Source: Octopus sinensis
Lineage: Eukaryota
Reading direction: 5' to 3'
DNA length: 64,000 nucleotides
NCBI RefSeq assembly: GCF_006345805.1
Contig: NC_043008.1
Coordinates: forward strand, 3,906,001 to 3,970,000
Positions 24,407 through 37,535 of this stretch are shown one piece after another. Position 1 is the first letter of the stretch. Each line of letters starts with the position of its first letter. The notes beneath the pieces are model-generated. The model worked only from the letters and a program-made list of their open reading frames with translations. It was not told the origin of the DNA and made no database searches. The position numbers and the translations under genes are program-made.

Positions 24407-26638
24407 AATAATAATAATAATAAACAACTTTGATTTAATTCAATTGTCTTGGACATCATCCCCAACCAAGGTGAATGCGCCTCTTTGTTGAGGCTGGACC
24501 AGATCGAAACATGACCGTCACATTGAGCAGTTGGATTAGGAGAGAAAGGTTGGATTCTTTCGTGTTTATACAGAAGACGCCATTAGAAGCGAAATGCCAA
24601 ACTCAAGAGGAAAAATTGATGGCATTATTCTCGCTAAAGGGGCCAAGCTGAATACTGACAAAATTCCGCCCCAAGTTTAGTTTGGAAATATAACAGCGAA
24701 TCGCATAAAGTAGTTTATTCATTAAACATCTCTGGCTGCTATCATGGGTTTAATGATATGAAAAGATCCCAGGCACGGAAGTTCTTCTTGCAACAAACAA
24801 GTCTTGTTGTTCAAATTCCGAATGAGTTGGACAGAATTATTTATCAGAATGTATGCATAGGGTGTTGTAAATCAAATACTTTCCAACTAATTGTCACGAG
24901 AAAACATTCACGTGACAGTCAAAACAAAATATTAAATTGCTTAGTTTTCCTTTCAAACACTAATAAATAACTTTACTAAAATATCTCGCGGCCTTTCTTA
25001 CGGCTCTGAGTTCAAATCCCACTGAAGTCAACATTGCCCTTCAACGCACTTAACTAAAATAAGGCATTAATATAACGCTGGGCTCGATAGTATCCACTTC
25101 TACCCCGTTCCCCACTTAAAAGTGCCAACCTAGTGCTTAAAACATAAACTATTATTTTGTGGTTAAGGGCGATAGGTTGGCTGAATCGTTAAAACATCGG
25201 ACAAAATGTTTAGTTATGGTCCATTATATTGCGTGTTCAAATCTCGCAGCGACCAATATAGTACCAGTGAAGTACTGAGATCATATAACCAACTAGACTC
25301 CTGCCAAATATTTGAAGTATTATGCCAACTATATAATAAGTCATTGCTGTTTTGTGGCACATCCAAACCACAAGAAGTTTGGCAATATGAAACTGTTGTT
25401 TGTGAGAATAAAAGACATTTAAGACTGACTGGAAATAGTATTGCCCAATTTGCAGAAAATTTGTAACAAGAAACGCAACGAAAAGGCTTGTGCTATATTT
25501 TCTATTGTGTAAAAGAAACAGTGTCGACAAAATACAAAAACTGATATATCTTCACCGATGTGTCTATTAAAAGTCGTCGATAAACGTGGAGTCTCGGCAT
25601 ATGGTATGAAATGCTTACGAAATGAGACTTACAGAATTCAGTTTCGCTCCCCACCTTCTCGTAAATACGATTTTCTGCGATGATAATACGTATTAGCTCT
25701 TTTTCATCGCATCTTATGTGATCTAGCCTTTGTCGCTAGTGCACACCACCATCAAGGACGATCAACTAGAGCACATTATATTTTTAGGAAGGATTAAAAG
25801 GATAAGTATTTGCGACAAATAAGATTAATAAACATAAAAAACAACATAAAAGATAGTATTTTGTTCGAGGGTTAATCCTTATGGTACTGGATTTCTTCTC
25901 TCTTCTTTTTCCTTCTTCTTTAAACTATAATCCTCACCGTTGTAATCCACCTTCTATCAATAAATTTGTTTACTTACTAATATAGCAACAACCTACTAAA
26001 CAAAAATTAAGCAATATAAATCAATATGGTTCACCGAATGGGTGATCAACTGCGTAATTATTAAATGTACCAGCAACTAATCCGTATCTAATCAGTTCAA
26101 CAAAATCAAGCTTCTCCTATCAAGACCGATCTCTACAGATATTTTTATCATAATCGAACATATAGCCACATGTTAATAATACTAAAAACTCCAGAGATGT
26201 TTGTGTGTACCCGAAATATCTCAGAAATACTATATTTTATTATGATTTTTTTTTGTTTGCATATTTATTTTCATACTTACCTTCGGCAGTGCAGTACAAT
26301 TTTTTGTCATATCTGCACACCTATTTATTAATGAAAATGATTAAACACAATTTTTATTAGTTATTTCTTGACGGAAAAAAAATCATGGCATCCATGACGT
26401 CAACACACATACAGAATAGACATACATACAATGAATGTCATGGCGAGTCAACCAACACATACACACGTCCGCTATCTGTGACATATACACACACATAGCT
26501 TGAGGTCCAAGACACAGCGACCAAATTATCCTCAAATTACATTTTACCGTAGTAAATTAGAAAGGATTCATTGGACATACCACAAAACTAGTATCGACTA
26601 GTATAAAAGTTGCATAATATAAACTGCATATCAATAAA

Positions 26639-26684
<46 letters not shown>

Positions 26685-27906
26685 CAATGATAAATCTCAG
26701 AATCGTCAGTAGTTCATATATCCGAAAAAGAAGCACATCAGTAAAGTTCTTATTCGTTTTTAAACTCTTTTTACAAACATAAGTGAGATGTTTATTTTCA
26801 GTTAGGTTCAACTTATTTATACATATTTATCTCTTGACAGTGATGTATATATAGAGTTCTTTAAAACGGGGCGCCGAATTTTCATATAATGTGTTCCTTT
26901 GAAGAGATTAGAGGTGAGAGAATTAGGCTACTATTTTCAAATTATTTTTAATATGTAGTAATGCAAGGATGCTTATGTATCCTGTCATCGTATTGGTTAT
27001 AGACGTGTCGGTGCGTCTCAGGATGAGATGCTTAGTTCTAAGTGGTTCTGTTCAGGTATCTGTAGGAAATTTGTGACGGATATCCTGATAAAATTATCAA
27101 AGAGAGTGCGCTGTAGCCGCCACGCGGTTTGGCAATAGGTCTAACAACTTTATACTTTTTCACAGAGACATAGCAAGCTTTTGCAGTAGATGGAATTTTT
27201 GTATAAGGACGTCAACTCACAAACCAGAAACTGTAGTTTAGGTTGATGGTACCTACAATAATACAGTGTAGTGAACTGATAATACCTTCTCCGCAGCGAT
27301 ATATACATTTTTCACCTCGGTCCGGCCTTTCTGAGCAAATTTTTTCTGTTTATATTTTCACGAGCTTCGCAACCTGTACATATTTTTGCTTACATCTATG
27401 TTATTATTAAACCATTTCGGAAAAGTTTCTTGATTTGCGATGTTAGCGGAATAACTTTCTTTCATACTTAACCCGTTACAAATTCAATTTTGGTCGTCTG
27501 TCACACTGACCTGAACTTTTGTGCACCGTAGAGAAAACTCGTTAATCAAGCTGAGAAATTATGACAGCGTCTTCCTTGTTTGGTATTGTATCCTTATCAA
27601 ATATATCACGAAGCAAAACTGAGGGAAATTGAATTCATTGCTACAAAGGTCGCTGTCTGCGATAGGATGTAGGTTATTAATTAAAATAAACATGGACGAA
27701 GCTCTAAAAGAAAGCCATAATAAATCTACTCTGAAAACAATAGACTGTGAAAGATCTGAGGAGCTGCACTAACAGACATAAAGTCGTTAATATAGACGAG
27801 TGCCAACTAAATTCATAAATTGTCGAAAGAAACAAAACATAGACGGCTATGATTGGTAAATACAATGGTCTTAATGAATTAAAGTATCAATATTCAGTAT
27901 CAAAAT

Positions 27907-28120
27907 GGCAACGTGCTGACAGAAGCGTTAGCAGACCGGACTAAATTCTCGGCGGAATTTCGTCCGTCTTTGCGTTCTGTGTTCAAATTCCGCCCAGGTT
28001 GATTTTGCCTTTCATCCTCTCGAAATCGATAAAATAAGTACCAGTTGAGTACCGAGGTCGATGATATCGACTAATCCCCTTCTCCCGAAACTTCAGGCCT
28101 TGTGCCAAAATTTTAAACCA
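27907..28120 (+). mobile_element. SINE family A copy
   Basis: GCTGACAGAAGCGTTAGCAGACCGG...GTTCAAATTCCGCC...GATAAAATAAGTACCAGTTGAGTAC...GGCCTTGTGCCAAAATTT. Confidence 0.85.
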
Positions 28121-28231
28121 ATGTGCCAATGATCATACGTAGTGTTTTGATAGCTTAGTCAAAGAGGGAAGGGCTAAAACCTTTTTGCAAATACCCCAGG
28201 CTAGGAGATACAGAAAAGCCCCGTAGCGGTG

Positions 28232-28420
28232 TTAACTGGGATTTAGGTTATGTCTATAGATTATATCTACAGTGCACAAACTACTGTGCAGCTTCCGTCC
28301 ATCGAAATTCAATACAAATGCTTGGGTCAACCCGAGAAAAGATTTATCAGAATTTCTGTAGAGTGAAACCAAATCTGCATCTACTTGCGTGCGAAACGAA
28401 CTTCGTAACTGCGCAGCCAT
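28232..28420 (-). mobile_element. SINE family C copy
   Basis: Reverse complement begins GGCTGCGCAGTTACGAAGTTCGTTTCGC and contains GACCCAAGCATTTGTATTGAATTTCGATGGACGGAAGCTG. Confidence 0.6.
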
Positions 28421-28489
28421 TCTTTTTGAACGAATCCTAGAGTAAAATGGAAAGTGACAACGGTAAATCTAAAATATCGTGGTTTCCAT

Positions 28490-28900
28490 GACTTAACAGT
28501 TAAGGCAAAAAGCCAGCGAGTTTGAAGGTGCAATAAAAAATCAAAAAGTGGAATTCTTCAAATAGAATAAAACATTTTGTGTAAACCCAATGAAATTCTA
28601 TAAAGAATTGGCCCAGAAAACAACACTGATCGATACAACACGGATAAAACATCTATAAATAGCTTGTGGCAAGAATTATTGGAAACAGATCAGTTTCATA
28701 ACAAGAATTCAGAATGGTTGTAAACTGAAAAAGAATATATAAAAGCTCTTGAGCAGCAGGAATTGTAAGAAGAGATTACAGGAACCAAAAAAAAAAAAAA
28801 ACTTGGAAATAAGTGAGAAACTCGAGGAACGGGCAGATTAAAAAATTTTTAGTTATTTCCCGCAGCGGGACATCTTACAAATGGTTGCAATAACAACATG
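28490..28900 (+). mobile_element. R4/Dong-like (RLE-type) LINE ORF relic, region upstream of RT
   Basis: Fragmented translation VKAKSQRV...NKTFCVNPMKFYKELA...NSLWQELLETDQFHNKNSEWL.TEKEYIKALEQQE, resembling the KAK..RL.RY...FYR.L...FW..IW...HN..A.W block of R4-clade ORFs. Confidence 0.6.
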
Positions 28901-30724
28901 AACTGCCGAATATGAAAACAAAATTAGTTCACCAAATAATATAAGCGCATCAACCCAGTGATATAGTCATTATGTAGTCACTAGAACTGCTAGAAATAAC
29001 TGCGAAATATCTCTCAAGTCACACAATATTGTATGTTACAAAAAAAAAGCAAACGGAAGGACAGATTTGATAGTCCAAGTATACTGTGAATAGAAAATGG
29101 TGGGATAATCAGAACTGAAATGCTTTTGATCATAGATCTCCTCAAACAGAACCGACTTGCGGATAAACAAGAAAATAGGCTCATATAATCCTTTAGATTA
29201 CAGACTAGTTATTTGATTGCAAAGTGTGTTCAAAGCATTGAAGCGCGCATTTACAGAGGTAAATAACAATAAATTACTAGCACATAAAGCAGAAACGTTA
29301 AAGAAATCATTTATACGGGTGAAAAAAAAAAGCTAACAATCAACAGCAAATATAAACCGGAGTTCAAAGAAACCAGTGGTGGTTTGTGTGGGCAAAAGTT
29401 ATTCAGTAAAGTTTGGAAATTTGGATAAGTTTGTATAACTTGGAAACAAGAGAATAACGACGTGGGAAATACGAAAATATTGTTCGAAACGTCAGGCTTT
29501 TTGTGTTCCACTGCATATAAAACATACCAAACTTTGCGAGCTTTTCAGTAAATATTCAAGTTGATAACGGAAATAGAAAGAAGAAACGATACCTCTTAAC
29601 AATGTGTACTTATCGGAACACATTATTGACTACTGGAATTATGTAGGTTATATGAGACGAATGTGAAAACAAGATGCCTTCAGGCAAAACAGAGAGAAAA
29701 GTAGGGCACTTTCAACACAGGTCTGTAATGATGTACTTAGCAAGTACAGGCGTATTCTAAGTTTCATCCACCATACTTATGCTTAAACTTATATGCCCCT
29801 CTATTTTGTGCTAAATAACAGAATTTACAAAAAAGAAGAACAATATTTTTGTGATCGAGAAAGTAAAATTACTTAACTTTGAAGCAACACTAATTGAGCT
29901 ATTCGACATATCTATGATTATTCAGTCAACACAGAATGTGGTGTCGTGTCGTGAAATGAGTAAATACCTAGAGTAGTAAAAACGCAAAAAGAATGCGGGA
30001 CAGTACACTCTCGAGTGAATGAAGCCACCATAATTAATGTAACGGAAAATGCTGTCTAAAAATAATTACGAATGGATGATAATATAACATCGTCACCTTG
30101 CATAATAAGTCAGTCAAAGAGATTGGAATAAAATAGCATTTCAAAAGAGTGGAAACAGAATATAAGCATAGGAGCCAGTGATAAATATAAGTATAAGCAT
30201 AGGTGATACATCATTTCCATGGATAATGCCATCAACACTGAAGAGAAAAAATAAATGTTGATGTTAACGTTATAAGACATTGATACATTTATATTTTGCT
30301 GGCTGCTTGGCGGTAACAGTTTTCGTCTTTTTTTCCTTCTTTTCTCACCTTCCTTAAATGAATTCAGCCTACTATACTCAAGCTGTGTCTATTTTTCTTT
30401 CCTTGAGCAACGGGAAATTCTCTACGTGGTTCTTCAGCCTGTTTTAAATAGCAACCAAAGCTTCGCTCAAACTAGAACCAACCGGCGTGTTACTATAATG
30501 TATTTACTGGTACGTTATTTCTGAGAAAAGTAAATTATGTGATAGCTATGGTTTGAATTCCTTCATCATAAGTTTTCTTACCCTGTGAGGGCATGGCGGC
30601 TAAACAACAATGCCCACTGCAACCATATTGATATCATAAGCTTCAGAATCATCCACTACTCCAAGAACTACTTTTAAAATAGAAGGATTTCACTTTGTCA
30701 AGGATGGTAATAATGGTTATAGGT

Positions 30725-30920
30725 TTTGGCAGCACAAGCAATTATTAGAGGATGGTAATGTCGATTACATCGACCCAGCTGGTACTTTTTCATCGAAACT
30801 GAAAAGTTGAAGTGCAAAGTCAGCCACGACGGCATTTGAACTCAGAACGTAAAGATCCGAAAGAAATGCCGCTTAGCCAGAAGAAATGCCCGACGCGGTA
30901 ATTTTCCCGCCAGTTCGCTT
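30725..30920 (-). mobile_element. SINE family A copy (diverged)
   Basis: GATTACATCGACCCAGCTGGTACT...GGCATTTGAACTCAGAACGTAAAGA...GAAATGCCGC. Confidence 0.75.
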
Positions 30921-31199
30921 CAATCGCGCATGGAAATAATGCATAAAATTAAATTACATTTCGTATAACTTCCACCTCACAATCAGCAAATGTGGTCACA
31001 ATTTAAGACAGAGTTATTCAAGCAGGCCATCTGGTAACAAATGTGTTGTGGGTTGCAGTGAAGTGTGCCCACACATTAGTTAACTAAAGATCTGAAATAA
31101 TCGACTGTCCCACTATTTTGTTTATGGGCAACATGTAACATTCACGTATTTAGTAATTCCGAGATCCTACTGTGTGGCCTGTATGAGGATTTCGAGGCC

Positions 31200-32130
31200 C
31201 CACCAGTTTTGTTAGTGCAGTTTCGTGACCTGCAGAATGGAAGCGCTACTTTCCAAATCCAGCAAAACAGCGGCTACGAGCCATACCACGTCAATTTCTG
31301 GTGGGACTTCCCAAATTTTTATCTTAGACGTACGTTTGCCCATATAAGTGGGCAGTAGCATCAGTTCGTTGGTTTTCAAAGACACTATGAAGTGTTCTTT
31401 TGCTTCTTCTTCGGAAGCAAACCTTACCTCCACAGTGCTGTATTTTTTCCTCTTGCTACATATTTGGTGTCGCCCCATATGGGCAGCGGGCCCTTTCCTA
31501 TCGTTTCCTTTGGCATATGTTCGGCTTGTTTCGTTTTTAGTGAAAGAGTTTTTAATATTATTGTTTTTCTAGCTGTTTGTTGAATTATATCAACGGGTGG
31601 GGTTGGATTTATATTGTTCACTTTACGCTTTGCTATGCTTTTATATTTTTCTAGGTCTGCCTTGTTAATCTTTAGGTTTTCTTGGTTTATAGTTGCAACT
31701 GACGTGAAACTGCGTCAGTTTGGCTTGCTTAATTCATTTTCTTTGTCAATTCATTCTTTTTCCTTACTGAAAACTGGGGTTACCTTTGTAGACTATATTG
31801 TATACTTCTGAGGCTTTGGGGGTGGAGGGGTTCACCTCCTCCTGTTCGCGATAAGGAAGTACTAGTAACACTTCTTGGCACATCCTGTTGACCCTGTTAA
31901 TACTGGGGGTGTTGTCTGTGTTTTGGCGGGAAGCCATAATTTCAAAAATGTGTAAATAAATTACACAAGAAGTTGCAAAAAAGTTCAATTCGCACCTCAA
32001 AGGGGGAATTTCTAATTCCCCTGCTAAGCAAGTTCAGAATCGATAACACATTAACAATAACATAACACAATTTAGATAGACAAATAGCAGAACTCATGAG
32101 AAGGAAAGAAAAACACGTCGGTTCGGTCGA
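31200..32130 (-). mobile_element. 5' end of an L1/Tx1-like LINE: leader plus decayed ORF1 (gag-like)
   Basis: Frameshifted pieces MASRQNTDNTPS... (ATG near 31937), PVDIIQQTARKTIILKTLSLK..., then KYSTVEVRFASEEEAKEH..LLPTYMGKRTSKIKIWEVPPEIDVVWLVAAV, an RRM-like pattern typical of Tx1/L1 ORF1. Confidence 0.55.
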
Positions 32131-32184
32131 AATTGTCGAGCAGGAATACGTCACCTAACGACGGGAGGGCCCATGATGATGATA

Positions 32185-32430
32185 TACATATGTACACATA
32201 CATACATACATACATACATACATACACACATACATACATACATACATACATACATACATACATACATACGTACATACATACATACATACATACATACATA
32301 CATACACATACATACAAACATACATACATACATACATTGATACATACATACATACATACATACATACATACATACATACATACATACATACATACATACA
32401 TACATACATACGTACATACATACATACATA
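32185..32430. repeat. (ACAT)n microsatellite
   Basis: Directly visible. Confidence 0.95.
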
Positions 32431-33443
32431 TAGAATGAGCAAAATATATATGCACCATGTGGACTGGTTTGGCGCAAAACAAGTCAAAGCACCAATGGAT
32501 ATATAACGTGGCAGATTTAGAATTTTTACCAGTAGCTCCTACTGAGGAAGGTTGAGGCCCTCCGGGTCAGAACTCGAAGCCATGGTATATGAGCATCTGC
32601 ATGGCATAATCTTTCGAGGTATGCTTTTTAGTGTTTTAGCTCTATGCGTTTCTTCGCTTACTGTTATTTTCTATTATTTTGGTGCCTTCTGGCGGTCGAA
32701 TTAGGACTTTAGCTCTTATTTCCAAACAGGTTGATGCTTTTTTGCATCCTTATGCTTCGTGCTAATTTTAAATTTTATACGTGTGTGTGTGTGTGTGTGT
32801 GTGTGTGAATAGAATTGTTAAACAGGATATCAAACATTAAGGCATGGCAAACATCTCAAGTCATACACAATATTATTATAGGAAGAAATCCAAAATCTTA
32901 CAGCTGGGTTCATACTTTGGTTTCCATAACTTCGGAAAGTTGAGCTATAAACTTTTATGCTTCTTTTTTCTTCTCTCTTTCCATCTCCTTATTCTTTTAT
33001 TTCCTTCCTCTATGTTGGCATCTTATCGATACAGACCATTCTCATTTTCCATATTTTCCCCCAATTTGTCTCTGAAAACGGAATATCACATACTCTGGGA
33101 TATCCTAGAAACAACTGTAAGATTTTGGATTTTTCCCAATAATAATAATAATGTATATGACTTGAGATGTTTGCCTTGCCTTAACGTTAGACGTCCTTTT
33201 TAACAATTATACATCCGCTGCATCGGAAATCTGCAATGACTCCATATCTACCGACTCGGCTATAACCTTGGAGCCCCAGTAATCCGTTACAGCACTTACC
33301 TGGCGTACCTAATCGTTTAGAGCACCTGTGAACTAAACCCCCAAACTTTGTGTGTATATATGAATGTAGATATATATACGTACGTATATATATGCATGTA
33401 CATATGTGTGTGTGTACTTGTATGTATATAAACGTCTGTGTGT

Positions 33444-33826
33444 GGAAGCGTAAAGCCCCAGTGGTTAGGGCAGCGGACTCGCGGTCGTAGGATCGCGGTT
33501 TCGATTCCCAGACCGGGCGTTGTGAGTGTTTATTGAGCGAAAACACCTAAAAGCTCCACGAGGCTCCGGCAGGGGATGGTGGTGATCCCTGCTGTACTCT
33601 TTCACCACAACTTTCTCTCACTCTTACTTCCTGTTTCTATTGTACCTGTATTTCAAAGGGCCGGCCTTGTCACTCTCTGTGTCACGCTGAATATCCCCGA
33701 GAACTACGTTAAGGGTACACGTGTCTGTGGAGTGCTCAGCCACTTACACGTTAATTTCACGAGCAGGCTGTTCTGTTGATCGGATCAACCGGAACCCTCG
33801 TCGTCGTAACCGACGGAGTGCTTCCA
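33444..33826 (+). mobile_element. tRNA-derived SINE family B, full-length and young-looking
   Basis: tRNA-like head (CCCAGTGGTTAGGGCAGCGGACTCGCGGTC..GGTTTCGATTCCC), central domain and a 3' tail ending GTAACCGACGGAGTGCTTCCA. Confidence 0.9.
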
Positions 33827-34444
33827 GGTATATACGTATGTGTGTGTACTTGTATGTATTTATACGTCTGTGTGTGTGTACTTGTACGTATATATACGCG
33901 CGCGTGTGTGTGTGTGCGCGTGCATATATATATACATACTCGTGCGCGTGTGCACACACATTTTTAGAGACGTTGGGCGTTAATGAAAGAATAGGGAAAA
34001 ATATCCTCAAACCGGAAACATGGCCCAAATGTATGCATTAGAGTAGATTTGAAGCGAGATACTTTAAGGATCAGCTGATGTTAAATCCGAGTGACAGGTT
34101 AGTCATTTCACCAATAGTCCTTTTGCTTGGTTCCCTAAATTAATTTCGTCTACCTTGGTCGACCCTAGCGTTAAGATAAATGATACTTAATTAAGGTGCC
34201 ACGAAGTCGGATCGAAATCCGAACTACATAGATGCAAAGCGAACTCCTTGACCCCGTTATATAAACGCTTGCAATGCGGACTCACACAAACTTCTCTTAC
34301 AAACACACATAACCATTCTTACAATAGGTAACCACATACATATAAATCCATAAACAAACATATATAGATAAGTACAAATAGATATAAATATTAAGAATGT
34401 TCATTTATTCTTGCGTACATACAACTCAAAAGTTCCGTTTACTT

Positions 34445-34516
<72 letters not shown>

Positions 34517-35189
34517 CGCAGATTCTTTTAAAATTCTTCAGTGGAGAAGAAATACAACTTCTTGCATGTTCTCTTTCTTTCCTTCCTTCCATTATTAATT
34601 GTTTTCTGTTTTTAACAATTTTGTTTTGTTGTCTAGTAGATTTGTTGATTTGTATAAATAACCAAACAGAACAAAAGCAACAAAAACTAACGAAAGCTAC
34701 AAAAACCAGCGTCAATTAAATATTTATTTTAGATTAGATTACTTCTTAGTTCATATGTGCGTGAATAGTTTATCTAGCTACTTATGATATTAGCACGGTA
34801 GATTAGACTCAAAATAACAAACGATAATGCAACGATTCTTTTAGTTTATAGTGTACAGCAAACTACGCATCAACTATACGACCGAGCTGTCTGCAATATC
34901 ATTGTGGAAAAGCTTAATGAAGCTGAAAAATCTGCTAAAATGAGATAAACATCTACGGTTCAATGTGGACAGTGGAATAAAACAAAAATCACAATGTATT
35001 TATATTGTATTTGTATTCGTAATTTAAAGATATTGTCTTTTTTTATTCTTTTATTTATAGCACATACTCTCTTATCTCTTTTTCACTTTCTCTCTCACAT
35101 ATACAAAAATAAGCACAAACAAATATATATTTTATCATCATCCTCATCATCATCATTATTATCAACATCACAAACTGCCGTCGATAGTC

Positions 35190-35930
35190 GACGATGAACG
35201 TCCATATAAAATGTCATTAGCTTATAATATCAGAAGTGGATTGCATTCTTCAAGATCTTTCATGTTACAATTAACCACATCTTTGAATCTCGATCGGAAT
35301 CTAAATTTTCAGCAACCAGGAGTAAATTATTTGTCTTAACAACCAAGGTTTCTCCATTCTTTGGGTTTGCCCAAGCCAGTTGAGCATTCATCGTACCAAT
35401 AATTCTTCAATAGCAAGTTTGGCTTTCTCTCCTCCCTCCAGATGCTTACCATCTCACTTGAGTGTCTCCTTGTGAACGCATACAGTTTTCTTGAAGCATA
35501 ATGTCTAGGTCTCCGATCTTTACAGTCGCATGAGAAATACCATTGCTCGGTACACTTTGCATATCACATCAACTGAGATGTGCTTATAATTGAAAAGTTA
35601 CTCTTTTAACATACATACGACTGCACGGTCTTCCTCAGCCTGTTATCTTGTTCATCACTGATTGTACTACCCAGATAAAGTAGTTTACCTCTACAAGCAA
35701 CGAATCTTTACTCTTCGATACTAATGGGTTTACACGGAAACATTTCGGCCGTGTCAAATTTAACTGATAAAGTTTTCCAGGTGATAATTTTGAAGCACCC
35801 CACTACTAAATTTTGATGCCCCATCCAACAGACACCACAAAGGCATCATCATTAGCAAACAAGACTTTTCTCACTAAAAGGTGAGCTGTTTTGATTTTAG
35901 CTTTAAGGTGCAAAAACCCTGAACAGTGAA
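35190..35930 (-). mobile_element. RTE-clade LINE relic (RT to C-terminus, with deletions)
   Basis: HLKAKIKTAHLLVRKVLFANDDAF (LFADD motif), KVYRAMV...SET.TL and FRSRFKDVVNCNMKDL, all typical of the RTE ORF. Confidence 0.8.
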
Positions 35931-35997
35931 GTATAGATGCTACATATAAATGCGTGTATATATGATACGTGTGTGTGTATGTGTGTGTGTATGTGTG

Positions 35998-36038
<41 letters not shown>

Positions 36039-36041
36039 GTA

Positions 36042-36072
<31 letters not shown>

Positions 36073-36080
36073 TGTGTAGA

Positions 36081-36117
<37 letters not shown>

Positions 36118-36865
36118 AGATGTGTGTGTGTATGTACGCTTGCACACACATCCTGGAGTTTACAAAGAGGAGACAGATCTCACAATAGAAATAAATTCTC
36201 ATAATTTGTTATGGTACTAAGATTAATTTCAGTTACTATTCTGCGTTTTGCGAGTGTCACTGATTCTGTTACTGATATCTGGAGTGCAGAACACAGAATA
36301 TTTATAACAAACATTTGGAGAGTGGCTTTTACTGAAATAGATAAAAAAAAAGCGTCCAAATCGGAAATAGAAAAAGAAGAGGAAAACAGTACAATTACAA
36401 AGAGATAAAAATACAAAAATAACATAAGAAAGTATATATGTATGTGCGTGCGCATAAGTACGTGTATATTTATATATATATGTATATATGCACATCTATA
36501 TATCTTTATATGCCTATATACTATGTACAATCACACATGCTTCCACACACACACATACACATACCTGTATGTATGTATGTATGTATGTATGTATGTATGT
36601 ATGTATGTATGCATGTACCCAACATTTGTGTGTATGTGCATATGTATACACACACACACAGTCATACATGCATAAGAAAAAATCGGTCGCAGTGGGGAAT
36701 GAGTTTTGTTGTTACACGGACAGTTGGTTATTCAAGTTTGAGATGACATGCTGAGCTCAGAAGATTTTTACATCTATCAAAGAAAGAAAATGACTAGCAA
36801 CAACCAATAAAGTATGCAAAATAACGTGAAACAGAAAGGAGGGGAAAACAAAAACTTGGGGAGAG

Positions 36866-36906
<41 letters not shown>

Positions 36907-37013
36907 ACGGAGATGGTGGATCTCCATCTTTCAATGATTTAGATTGAGTTGTTCGATCAACTGAAAAATCTGCTCCGTAATTAACGTCGGAGTGGGTGAG
37001 TTTTCCACAGATA

Positions 37014-37535
37014 CCGTAAATCTTCGAGTATAATCCGCATTTTTTCCCCAAAATTTAATGGTCAAAATCCCTAGTGCGTACTATATAAGAGGTTAAAAAT
37101 GAAAAATATTTTCTAAGCAATGTCTGAGTCTCTATTTGCTGTCCGGCAATATTTATTCAGATGTATTTTGTGATGTCGGGCGCGAAAATACCTTAAGCTA
37201 ATCCTGAAAGCAATGAAGTCATAAAAGAATCATCAATAATTTGCAGTAAGCAACATTTATTAAAATAAAAGTATTCAAAACACAGAATAACATGTAACAA
37301 AAACAATTTGCAAACATATTTACATTCCCATATAACAGTTAAGTACATCACCATTATTGTATTACGCATGCGCGGAAGTGTTTGTTCGACTAGGTGCTGC
37401 TGGCTTAATTACGCACGACTCAAGTTAGAGAAGGGGTGCGTATTATACACAAGATTTAGGTTTTTCAGCGGTACAGCCCCCTAAAAATCCCCTGCGTATT
37501 ATACTCAAGGGCGGACTATACTCGAGGATTTACGG
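37014..37535. mobile_element. pogo/Tc1-type MITE, 522 bp, TA TSD
   Basis: 25-bp TIRs CCGTAAATCTTCGAGTATAATCCGC / GCGGACTATACTCGAGGATTTACGG (2 mismatches); TA at 37012-37013 and 37536-37537; subterminal GCGTA(T/C)TATA repeats at about 37076, 37438 and 37495. Confidence 0.9.

Noticed and set aside
30580-30597. Minus-strand micro-exon with a perfect Kozak GCCGCCATG and a GTAAGA donor
   Set aside because: Joining it to the candidate exons at 26281-26320 and 14071 gives only a 25-aa peptide with no recognisable features.
33294-33307. U1 snRNA gene (ACTTACCTGGCGTA; also ATACTTACCT at 26273)
   Set aside because: Similarity stops after 10-14 nt with no stem-loops or Sm site; it is just the complement of a 5' splice-site consensus.
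33444-33520. tRNA gene
   Set aside because: A and B boxes are present, but there is no full acceptor stem and the sequence runs into a SINE body shared with 6969-7287.
36180-36340. Signal-peptide-like MFVINILCSALQISVTES after a strong minus-strand acceptor
   Set aside because: No convincing donor before the stop, and the plus strand is equally open; not distinguishable from chance.
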